From IMG/VR virus record IMGVR_UViG_3300027419_000014: a stretch of 40,579 nt of DNA, one strand, 5' to 3'. The notes below the pieces were generated by a model. It saw nothing but the letters and a program-made list of their open reading frames with translations, was not told the origin of the DNA and made no database searches. Numbering within the stretch: position 1 is the stretch's first letter; the number at the start of each line of letters is the position of its first letter. This DNA comes from a virus. A program made the translations under genes and the position numbers. Positions 23,978-31,120 of the stretch are shown piece after piece.

Positions 23978-24140
23978 TTATTTAACCTCTGACCATGTTT
24001 GTCTTATATAATTCATAACACATTCAAAACTTAACCCGGTTGAATCCTGCATATATTGAATCATCATTTCTGTTGACATATCTGTTTCATTTGCGTAGTC
24101 TTCAGCTTCTTTTAATTTTTTCTTTGTAGATTCTTTCATA

Positions 24141-24731
24141 TTATTTCGCCTCGAAGAGATTTAAAATAAACTGCCTGCCTAATCCTGTCCACAGTCTATC
24201 ATAAACAATTTTACCAGAATCAAGCACAGTTTCTTTTATGCTTGTATAATTTTTATCTGAATAATCAGAATATAAAACCCATGTTCCACTTTGTTTGTAT
24301 TGTATTTTTTTATTATGCAAAAAATTATTTAATTCCTGTGCGGATTTTAAATTTAATTCTTTACTTATTTCTGTAGTGGTGTAGAGTTTATTAAAATCAT
24401 GTACAAGAATTTTAACTTGATTTTCTGCTTTTTCTTTTTGTTCTGTTAAAACTTTTATTCGGTCAAAAAGTATTTCTTGAGCTTGCATTATTATTAAATC
24501 TTTTTCAAGCTCAGTTTTTGGAAGGTCGACAATGTTGTCGAGGTCTTTTCTTCCACTTCTTTCAATCTGGTATTTTATAAGTGTTACCTGTAATTCATTT
24601 AAGAATGTTTTTTTACCTTTGGTAGTAGTAACCATTTTATCAGCATGTCTTTGTATAGTTCTTTCGCTTACATTAAGAGCTTCAGCAACTTCTTTTATAG
24701 TCATAGTTTTTTCTTTTGCAAGATCGTTCAT
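24141..24731 (-). CDS. Antirepressor-like protein (N-terminal HTH plus KilAC/ANT C-terminal domain)
   Basis: MTIKEVAEALNVSERTIQRHADKM is an HTH. The C-terminal QSGTWVLYSDYSDKNY...LWTGLGRQFILNLF resembles the KilAC domain. Confidence 0.6.
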   Translation of the reverse strand: MNDLAKEKTMTIKEVAEALNVSERTIQRHADKMVTTTKGKKTFLNELQVTLIKYQIERSGRKDLDNIVDLPKTELEKDLIIMQAQEILFDRIKVLTEQKEKAENQVKILVHDFNKLYTTTEISKELNLKSAQELNNFLHNKKIQYKQSGTWVLYSDYSDKNYTSIKETVLDSGKIVYDRLWTGLGRQFILNLFEAK

Positions 24732-24860
24732 TTGATACCGCCTTAAATAAAAAAAGGGAACTCTCTGTCATCCTAGCCGATTAACAGAAAATTCCCTTTT
24801 CAGAGTTTTTAAGATTACTCACATCCGGCTAGGTAGTGTCAGTAATCTTTAATATAATTA
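24732..24860 (-). promoter_or_regulatory. Structured 5' leader with two long hairpins, complementary loops and a terminator-like U-tract
   Basis: Hairpin 1 pairs 24811..24819 with 24841..24849 (9 bp). Hairpin 2 pairs 24752..24768 with 24784..24800 (17 bp including 2 G.U on the minus-strand RNA) and is followed by U7. The loops carry CCUAGCCG and CGGCUAGG. Confidence 0.5.
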
Positions 24861-24891
24861 CATCTATTACTAATATACTTAAAATGTCAAT

Positions 24892-24918
24892 AAAAATAAA
24901 CCGGGATATTTCACCCGG
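24892..24918 (-). terminator. Rho-independent terminator candidate
   Basis: On the minus-strand RNA: CCGGG-UGAAAUAU-CCCGG followed by UUUAUUUUUAUU. It lies 8 nt after the stop of the micro-ORF at 24926..25060. Confidence 0.5.
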
Positions 24919-24925
24919 CAATATT

Positions 24926-25060
24926 TTATTTATTTATCTTTGCACAAACAGTACAACGGCATTCTCCCTCTTTTGATGTAGAGTTATGAACTCTCATGGA
25001 GAGACCGTACTGTTTATCCTGGTACTCGTTTTTACAACTACATTTTATTATTTTTGTCAT
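24926..25060 (-). CDS. Zinc-ribbon micro-protein (44 aa)
   Basis: Hand-translated as MTKIIKCSCKNEYQDKQYGLSMRVHNSTSKEGECRCTVCAKINK, with an AAGGAG RBS. Confidence 0.4.
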   Translation of the reverse strand: MTKIIKCSCKNEYQDKQYGLSMRVHNSTSKEGECRCTVCAKINK

Positions 25061-25096
25061 TCAGAATCTCCTTATATTTTAATTTATTAATACGCT

Positions 25097-25417
25097 TTAA
25101 AATGGTACGTCGTCATCTGAGAACGGATTTTCTTCAAAACTATCCGGCCCGTGATCTTTTGAATCTGTCGATTTATCCGGTTTATTTCCATCTGATTTTT
25201 TGCTGTCATCACGCGGTTCAAACATTGAAATTATTACAGATGATTTATTTTCAGGGTTTGGGCATCCTGCGGGGTTAAAAGTCCTGTTTAATAATATAAA
25301 CCGTCCCCCATCTTCTTTTTCCATAACCGCACCGACATTTTCATATTTGTTTTTTGTCGTTCCTTCACGGTCAACATAGCTTGAAACTTTAACTGATAAG
25401 TCATAGACTTTTTTCAT
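25097..25417 (-). CDS. ssDNA-binding-like protein with a bacterial SSB-type acidic tip
   Basis: 106 aa. The C-terminus is ...EENPFSDDDVPF, close to the DDDIPF tip of bacterial SSB. It is preceded by a disordered Ser/Asp/Lys linker and sits in the recombination module. Confidence 0.5.
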   Translation of the reverse strand: MKKVYDLSVKVSSYVDREGTTKNKYENVGAVMEKEDGGRFILLNRTFNPAGCPNPENKSSVIISMFEPRDDSKKSDGNKPDKSTDSKDHGPDSFEENPFSDDDVPF

Positions 25418-25430
25418 AATTCAAGACTCC

Positions 25431-26093
25431 TTATTGTGTAATTAAATTCTTTGCTGTCTCTGAAACTTGTTGACCTTTTGGAATAATCCTTATTACTGGA
25501 TATATGCTCTTTGAATCCGGTTTTTTTGAAGTTACTTTTTCAACTATTAAATCAAAAGGAATCCCTACAACTGATCCGCGTTTTTCTTTCACAAAGTCGA
25601 ATGTAGAAATTATTTCTTTGATTGAACTTTTTGCACCATGTGTGTCAAGCTGCCATACTCCAAGAGCCGCTTTAAATTCAGTAAGAAGAAACCTTAAAGT
25701 TAATATTTCTGTCCACTCTGATTCTGCCTTCTTTGCAGCTTTTTCCATTATGTCCGGCATATCAGATTTAAGATAAAGGCTGTACTCTTCTTTTTCTTTG
25801 TTCCATAGTCTGAATTGTTCGCCATCTCCGTACCCATAAAGCTTTTTGCCTTTCCACAATTCAAATCTCTGGCTGCATACATCCGAAATATCATCAGAGA
25901 GAAAAAGTATTTCAAGCTTTTTAGGCTTGTCAAACATTGATTCAAACATATCGGAATAATCCCCAGAGGCCTTAAAATAATCCAGAGACACAGGAAATTC
26001 TTTCCCGTTCTTTTCCCGTTTTTCTCCTACTCTGATTTTACCAATTATAGTCATCTTTGTTACAGGCTCACGCCCTTTTATACGTCCGTTCAT
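25431..26093 (-). CDS. Hypothetical protein; candidate single-strand annealing / recombination partner by context
   Basis: 220 aa, between the nuclease and SSB-like genes. No Walker motif or known recombinase motif recognised. Confidence 0.25.
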   Translation of the reverse strand: MNGRIKGREPVTKMTIIGKIRVGEKREKNGKEFPVSLDYFKASGDYSDMFESMFDKPKKLEILFLSDDISDVCSQRFELWKGKKLYGYGDGEQFRLWNKEKEEYSLYLKSDMPDIMEKAAKKAESEWTEILTLRFLLTEFKAALGVWQLDTHGAKSSIKEIISTFDFVKEKRGSVVGIPFDLIVEKVTSKKPDSKSIYPVIRIIPKGQQVSETAKNLITQ

Positions 26094-26110
26094 AAAACCC
26101 CCCTTTTTAA

Positions 26111-26386
26111 TTATTTTATTTCTATATAATCATCGTTTAAACATTCACATATTTCGTCAAGTTCCCGTTTTCCAACTTCAAACCATACACCGTTTGTTAA
26201 TTGTTCCTTTCCGTGATATATGCCCATGTTCACCTGTCTTCCTGCAAAAGAAGGCTTAAAAAACATTGAACCTTTTCTCGGTACAAATCCGGTTTCTCGC
26301 GTATACAGATACTTTGTATCAAGATTATAAAATATCGTGCAACTATTGTTTTTCTTGGGTACTATCTTTATTAAATTATCTGCCAT
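26111..26386 (-). CDS. Hypothetical protein
   Basis: 91-aa ORF, co-directional and closely spaced with its neighbours. Confidence 0.35.
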   Translation of the reverse strand: MADNLIKIVPKKNNSCTIFYNLDTKYLYTRETGFVPRKGSMFFKPSFAGRQVNMGIYHGKEQLTNGVWFEVGKRELDEICECLNDDYIEIK

Positions 26387-26395
26387 AAAATACCC

Positions 26396-27403
26396 CTAAA
26401 ACGCCGGTTCATTATTTATTTTTATGCTTTCCAGTATGTCATCAAATAGTCCTTTTTCATTCATAAAGTCAACCGGAATATCAATGTCGAATCCGATTTC
26501 AACCGGTTTAAATTCTGAATATTTTTCTTTTTCAGCAGTGATTTGTTTATTAAAAATGTTGACATAATGATCCCACAGAAATAGATTTTTATTATCAGTA
26601 TTTTCTTTCAATGAGTAAGGGGGAACATGATTTTTTAAAGGCATCCGAAAATCTTTTGAATAAAGATCGAATACTCGTTCAACTTTTAAATCTGGATAGC
26701 TTAAATTCCATGCCTGTTTTAATCCTTCTAGCTGAACAGCATGAGCGATGTATTCATTGTAACCGGTTTTAAAATCGACAATAGCAATTACCTTTTCGCC
26801 TTTGATTGTCATATAACACGCAAGATCAAGAGTCCCTGCGTATTTTTCTTGCTCATTGAAAACTGTCATTTCCACTGCAATCGGTTTAACTTCATAATCT
26901 TTTAAAAACCGCACGAATCCGAATAGATCCTTTTTAATGTCCCGTCCTTCTCTCTGATACCACTTATATCCGGAATAAAAATCCATGTTGTTTTCTTCGT
27001 AGAAAAACTTCATTTCTGGAATTAAAAGGATATCATCCAGCGTAAATTTTTTACCCAGGATTATATCCTTATAACAGGCATGAATAAAAGTCCCGTAGTT
27101 TGCTGAATCTTCCAGAAATTGAGAGCAGTATTCAAGGCCATTCACGGCATACCATTTTAAAAGCCCGTAATCAGTCGGCGCACATGATGAAATTATACTT
27201 GTAACCGATGGAGCGATAAATGTTTTTTGTTGTATAATCTGATCATCGTCTTTGAACTCTTCGACTTTTAAATAAAATCGGTTTGACTTTTTGTCACTTC
27301 TGAACACCATATATTCAGGTTGTCTGATATATTCAGTATTCAGGTATTCCGGTATAATCTGTTTTAAAACTTCGTCTTTTATTTCTATAAACTTTTGTGT
27401 CAT
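26396..27403 (-). CDS. PD-(D/E)XK family nuclease (recombination exonuclease candidate)
   Basis: 335 aa. AGTLDLACYMT...KVIAIVDFKTG...AHAVQLEGLKQAW gives a D...D-x-K...Q-x-x-x-(L/Y) arrangement typical of RecB/Cas4-like nucleases. Confidence 0.55.
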   Translation of the reverse strand: MTQKFIEIKDEVLKQIIPEYLNTEYIRQPEYMVFRSDKKSNRFYLKVEEFKDDDQIIQQKTFIAPSVTSIISSCAPTDYGLLKWYAVNGLEYCSQFLEDSANYGTFIHACYKDIILGKKFTLDDILLIPEMKFFYEENNMDFYSGYKWYQREGRDIKKDLFGFVRFLKDYEVKPIAVEMTVFNEQEKYAGTLDLACYMTIKGEKVIAIVDFKTGYNEYIAHAVQLEGLKQAWNLSYPDLKVERVFDLYSKDFRMPLKNHVPPYSLKENTDNKNLFLWDHYVNIFNKQITAEKEKYSEFKPVEIGFDIDIPVDFMNEKGLFDDILESIKINNEPAF

Positions 27404-27412
27404 AACTCCCCC

Positions 27413-27619
27413 TTAATGTAATAAAGCCATAAGATTTTCTGCTGCGCCTTCAACGCTTTTATCTGTCCCTGTATGGCAAGATAGACAGAGTTTGCTATCA
27501 AACATATCTCGCCACAATTCGAGTGTTCTTTCCTGCATATTTGTACGAATTTCAAGAACTGCAGTTTCTGTACATTTAATGCAGTTGTACTTTAATAGAT
27601 TACAAACTTTTCCCATCAC
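27413..27619 (-). CDS. Small Cys-rich protein
   Basis: 68 aa with CNLLKYNCIKC...CLSCH. Confidence 0.3.
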   Translation of the reverse strand: MMGKVCNLLKYNCIKCTETAVLEIRTNMQERTLELWRDMFDSKLCLSCHTGTDKSVEGAAENLMALLH

Positions 27620-27807
27620 TCACCTCTCATAGATTTTATTACTACTATTTCAGATTCTAGCTCTTCAATCTGTTTTAATAAAGCCGTATTTTTTTCTAAA
27701 AGCTTAATATTTATTTCTTTTTGCCTGTGCAATTCAAAAAAACAATCTTCTTTTACTATCCACCATGTAACAATTGAAAATACTATTCCTGTTATTAAAT
27801 AACTCAT
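27616..27807 (-). CDS. Small membrane/coiled-coil protein
   Basis: 63 aa with an N-terminal hydrophobic helix (LITGIVFSIVTWWIV) and then a coiled-coil-like tail. Confidence 0.3.
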   Translation of the reverse strand: MSYLITGIVFSIVTWWIVKEDCFFELHRQKEINIKLLEKNTALLKQIEELESEIVVIKSMRGE

Positions 27808-27945
27808 TTGTTATCACCTTTCCAATTAGTACAAATCCAGACATTATTTATATATTTATATCCCCCATTACAGTTATGATAATACATGCCATTTTCAAGC
27901 AATATAGTTTTATTACAATTCCAGCACCCATTATTATTTTCAACT

Positions 27946-28332
27946 TCACTCATTGTTTTTCATCTCCTCTACGGCTGTTATTATCTGATCGTAGTATTCA
28001 TAAACAAAGCCGTCATCAACTGGAAATTCTTTTTCTGAAACAAGTTTTTTTGCTTTATTTATACCAAGAATTTGTTTTGCAAATTCATCCGTTTCGACAT
28101 ATTCAAACTTTTTAATAACCAGTTTGGCATTTTCATTTTTCCAGTCGCACTCAGCTGGTTCTGGAGGGTAACAATCTTCTAGCCGTATTGAATATACTCC
28201 CTTATCTGCCGGGATGAATGAAACATCTTTAATCTGGATATAAAGATTATTTCCTATTTTTATTTCGACTTCTGGAATTATTGTTTTTGATGACATATCA
28301 TTTAACCTGTAAATCATATGCTTCGTCAACAA
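27946..28332 (-). CDS. Hypothetical early protein
   Basis: 128-aa ORF, the second gene after promoter box copy 3. Confidence 0.35.
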   Translation of the reverse strand: MLTKHMIYRLNDMSSKTIIPEVEIKIGNNLYIQIKDVSFIPADKGVYSIRLEDCYPPEPAECDWKNENAKLVIKKFEYVETDEFAKQILGINKAKKLVSEKEFPVDDGFVYEYYDQIITAVEEMKNNE

Positions 28333-28480
28333 TCTCTTTTATGCTATAAGTATAGGCAGTTTTGCAGTCTTTATAAAATTCATTAAGACTGTCAACGGCT
28401 TTGTTTATCAGTGAGTCAGATATTCTGTTCATGCTTATTTCACATTTCAAAGTATTTCTGATTTCTTTTTTAGTTTTCAT
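28298..28480 (-). CDS. Hypothetical early protein
   Basis: 60-aa ORF with a GAGG RBS. It is the first gene after promoter box copy 3. Confidence 0.35.
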   Translation of the reverse strand: MKTKKEIRNTLKCEISMNRISDSLINKAVDSLNEFYKDCKTAYTYSIKEIVDEAYDLQVK

Positions 28481-28512
28481 TGTATAACCTCTTTTGTTTT
28501 AATTTTAAATAT

Positions 28513-28553
28513 ACTATAATAATACTATCGGAAAAAGTCAAACATTTATTTAC
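28513..28553 (-). promoter_or_regulatory. Conserved promoter box, copy 3
   Basis: On the minus strand: GTAAATAAATGTTTGACTT, a 17-nt spacer, then TATAGT. It shares an extended match (TATCGGAAnAAGTCAAACATTTATTTACT, plus strand) with copy 1. Confidence 0.6.
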
Positions 28554-28582
28554 TTTTATTATAAAAAAGTTAAGTTTTAAGC

Positions 28583-28610
28583 AAAAAAAATCCCGGCTTT
28601 TTACACCGGG
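28583..28610 (-). terminator. Rho-independent terminator closing the late/lysis operon
   Basis: On the minus-strand RNA: CCCGG-UGUAAAAAG-CCGGG followed by A-U8. It lies 37 nt after the stop at 28647. Confidence 0.6.
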
Positions 28611-28646
28611 CAATGGGAGAGTGTTTATGAAAAAGTTTCCGTAACA

Positions 28647-28991
28647 TCAAATTATTTTGACAACTTTTGAAAATATAAAAGCAGCTATCCCTAAAAATGC
28701 TAATCCAATAAGCCAATAAGTTAAAGTCCCTGCGCCGGCTTTATGGCTTTCAGAGATTACTTTCTTTTCGAGGATTACATTTTCTTTTTGAATCTGAATC
28801 GCATTTTTTAATCCGGATTCTGCATGTTTTAAAATTATCTTTTGTGCAGGAGTTAAATTTGGGTCTTTTTGCATGGTATTGAGTTCTTCTACTGATAGTT
28901 TTAAATCTTTATCTGGTTGAATAGTTGCACATCCTACAAAAAAAACAACCATAAAAATACTTATTGAAAAAATAATAATTAAATATTTCAT
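28647..28991 (-). CDS. Lipoprotein with a C-terminal transmembrane helix (unimolecular-spanin-like topology)
   Basis: 114 aa. The signal peptide and lipobox are IFMVVFFVGC|ATIQ. The C-terminal helix is LTYWLIGLAFLGIAAFIFSKVV. It is the last gene before the terminator. Confidence 0.4.
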   Translation of the reverse strand: MKYLIIIFSISIFMVVFFVGCATIQPDKDLKLSVEELNTMQKDPNLTPAQKIILKHAESGLKNAIQIQKENVILEKKVISESHKAGAGTLTYWLIGLAFLGIAAFIFSKVVKII

Positions 28992-29209
28992 TTTTTTCCC
29001 CTTAATGATTTACAGTGGTTATTTTCATGTTCAGTTTCTAGTACAATCAATCTATCATTGTGGTTTTCGACACATTTTTCTAATTTATTCATTTTGCGAT
29101 TATCGTTACTGCGTGCACCATGCCAGATATAGACGACAAGACCAACAACAGCAGCAAGAAGCGAAGTAATAAGGAGGTAAAATCCCTGGGTAATAAATCC
29201 TTTATCCAT
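28988..29209 (-). CDS. Single-pass membrane protein (holin or i-spanin candidate)
   Basis: The track ORF 28988..29287 overlaps the upstream gene by 77 nt. The Met at 29209 (MDKGFITQGFYLLITSLLAAVVGLVVYIW...) starts 1 nt after the upstream stop. The protein has one TMD followed by a charged tail. Confidence 0.35.
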   Translation of the reverse strand: MDKGFITQGFYLLITSLLAAVVGLVVYIWHGARSNDNRKMNKLEKCVENHNDRLIVLETEHENNHCKSLRGKK

Positions 29210-29210
29210 T

Positions 29211-29438
29211 TCATTTCTCTTCCCCTTCTGTCGATTCAATCTCGGAAGTATCAGATGGTGACTGGATCTGGATGTCAACTTCAGCACCGGCAGCCTTGAG
29301 TTTTATTTCTTTGATTTTTTTTATAATTTTGTAAGTGAAAAATCCTGAACCGATGACAATAATAACAAGAAGTAAAAGAACAACAATTATAATGATATTT
29401 TCCATTGTTGATCCGAGAGTTTCCAGATAAGCAAACAT
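29211..29438 (-). CDS. Single-pass membrane protein (holin candidate)
   Basis: 75 aa with a GGAGG RBS. It has one strongly hydrophobic helix (IIIIVVLLLLVIIVIGSGFF) and an acidic C-terminus. Confidence 0.4.
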   Translation of the reverse strand: MFAYLETLGSTMENIIIIVVLLLLVIIVIGSGFFTYKIIKKIKEIKLKAAGAEVDIQIQSPSDTSEIESTEGEEK

Positions 29439-29474
29439 TAGGAAACCTCCTTTAGTTTAATTTATCTTAAAAAG

Positions 29475-29502
29475 CACAATTGTGTTAATGTGTAAACACA
29501 TT
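29475..29502. promoter_or_regulatory. Two adjacent palindromes (operator candidates) in the divergent intergenic region
   Basis: CACAATTGTG (29475..29484) is a perfect 10-bp palindrome. AATGTGT-AA-ACACATT (29487..29502) is a perfect 7+7 inverted repeat. Both share the TGTG/CACA half-site. Confidence 0.4.
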
Positions 29503-29578
29503 TTTTAAAAAAAATTACATTTTATCTTGACTTTTATTTTAAGCATCTTATTTTATAATAAATAATTAAGGAGGGTTT

Positions 29579-30250
29579 ATGAAAAAAATAATTTTAATTT
29601 GTTTAATTTCTATATATTTTATGGGATGCCAAGATAACGACGAACAAGCAATATGCTTTAACCCATATCTTTTAAAAGTTGTTTTTGAAGGAGACTCGCA
29701 ATCTGTTTTATTAAGCCAGGAAACCGATAAGATTATAGGTTATTATAATAATGGTATTGCTGGGAGTGGTACTGTTAATATAATCGATAGAATAAAAATA
29801 ATGAAAAACATGGAACCCGACATAATAGTCTTAACAATTGGAACAAATGATATGAAAGATATTGTAAATATTCCACAAGGTGAGACTATTACTGAATTTG
29901 AAGAAAATTATAAATACATAGTTAAAGAATATAAAAAAATTACAGATAAAATTATAGTTACCTCTATTCAGCCTGTAAATTCAGATTTATTTTTATCAAC
30001 TTACGGGCGAACATATCAAATTGTTAGAAATGATGTAATTATACAAATGAACGATATAATAAAATCAATAGCTTTTAATGAAAATATAATATACATTGAT
30101 GAATGGAAAGAATTGTATGATCCTACAAATAATATTTTAAAATATATATATGATAGTGGAGATGGATTACACTGGAATAATTCAGCATGTAGATTACATT
30201 TAAATAATGTAATTATTGCAATAAAAAATTATAAAAATACTGCTCCATAA
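29579..30250 (+). CDS. Secreted SGNH/GDSL-family hydrolase lipoprotein
   Basis: AAGGAGGG RBS. The signal peptide and lipobox are LICLISIYFMGC. SGNH block I is FEGDSQS, block II NNGIAGSG, block III GTND and block V DGLHWN. Confidence 0.7.
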   Translation: MKKIILICLISIYFMGCQDNDEQAICFNPYLLKVVFEGDSQSVLLSQETDKIIGYYNNGIAGSGTVNIIDRIKIMKNMEPDIIVLTIGTNDMKDIVNIPQGETITEFEENYKYIVKEYKKITDKIIVTSIQPVNSDLFLSTYGRTYQIVRNDVIIQMNDIIKSIAFNENIIYIDEWKELYDPTNNILKYIYDSGDGLHWNNSACRLHLNNVIIAIKNYKNTAP

Positions 30251-31119
30251 TCAAAAATAATTTTTACCGGCGGAGTATAATCAAAATTTATCCGACTTAT
30301 CCCGTTATACGTTCCACCAACGAGTATAATTGATTCCATCGAAACGATTAAATTATGATAATAAAGATATTTTCCTTTAATACTTAATTCTGTCCATGCG
30401 ATCCCATCAGTGGAATAAAATATATTATTGACTCCGCCATAATCATTACCCCCGCAAACAATCCACATTTTATTATTATATATTGCACCTCTTTGGCCAT
30501 ATCGCTCTGTAAACTGTCCGATACTTATTTGACTCCAATTAATCCCGTCTGAACTTCTCCAAACATCATTTACATAGGCCGTATTTGCTCCAGCTATGAG
30601 ATAAATATAATTATTATAAAATAACACTGATGAATATTGTCTTGCTCCGTAAGCACCAGCTCCTATATAAGTCCAATCAGACCCGTTTGAACTATTATAT
30701 ATATCACCATTATTTACTCCCCTATTTGGAGCTTCACATCCTCCGAATATCCATATTTTATTATTAAAAACAATTAAATTAATAGCATGCAAAGGATATA
30801 TAGATGGAAGTGATCCTGAATTTACCCATGTAATCCCATCACTTGAACTCCAAATTATTGGATCATTAGTAATCCCTGTACTTCCCCCAAAAATCCACAT
30901 CTTATCATCATATACACAACCCGAAATAAAAGATTTTGCTGGAAACGCTGTAGTCGCAGCTATTTGAGTCCAGTTAATTCCATCGGTTGAATTCCATACA
31001 TCATTATGACGTGAAGCATCACTACCACCAATAATCCAATGTAAGTTGTTAAAGTATAAATAACAAGCTCCTGTCCGGCTATAGAATTGATTAGATATTT
31101 GTTCAAATACTATACTCAT
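30229..31119 (-). CDS. Kelch-type beta-propeller protein (distal tail / receptor-binding candidate)
   Basis: 296 aa with five or six repeats of the pattern hhhhGG...NDVW.S.DG..W. Examples are WIIGGSD..DVWNSTDGINWTQ, WIFGGST..IIWSSSDGITWVN and YLIAGAN..DVWRSSDGINWSQ. It is the last gene of the fibre block. Confidence 0.6.
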   Translation of the reverse strand: MSIVFEQISNQFYSRTGACYLYFNNLHWIIGGSDASRHNDVWNSTDGINWTQIAATTAFPAKSFISGCVYDDKMWIFGGSTGITNDPIIWSSSDGITWVNSGSLPSIYPLHAINLIVFNNKIWIFGGCEAPNRGVNNGDIYNSSNGSDWTYIGAGAYGARQYSSVLFYNNYIYLIAGANTAYVNDVWRSSDGINWSQISIGQFTERYGQRGAIYNNKMWIVCGGNDYGGVNNIFYSTDGIAWTELSIKGKYLYYHNLIVSMESIILVGGTYNGISRINFDYTPPVKIIFDYGAVFL

Positions 31120-31120
31120 A

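Noticed and set aside
29527-29559. TTGACT ... TATAAT as the promoter of the SGNH gene
   Set aside because: The two hexamers are 21 nt apart, which is too far for a standard sigma70 promoter. A promoter probably exists in this gap, but I cannot place it.
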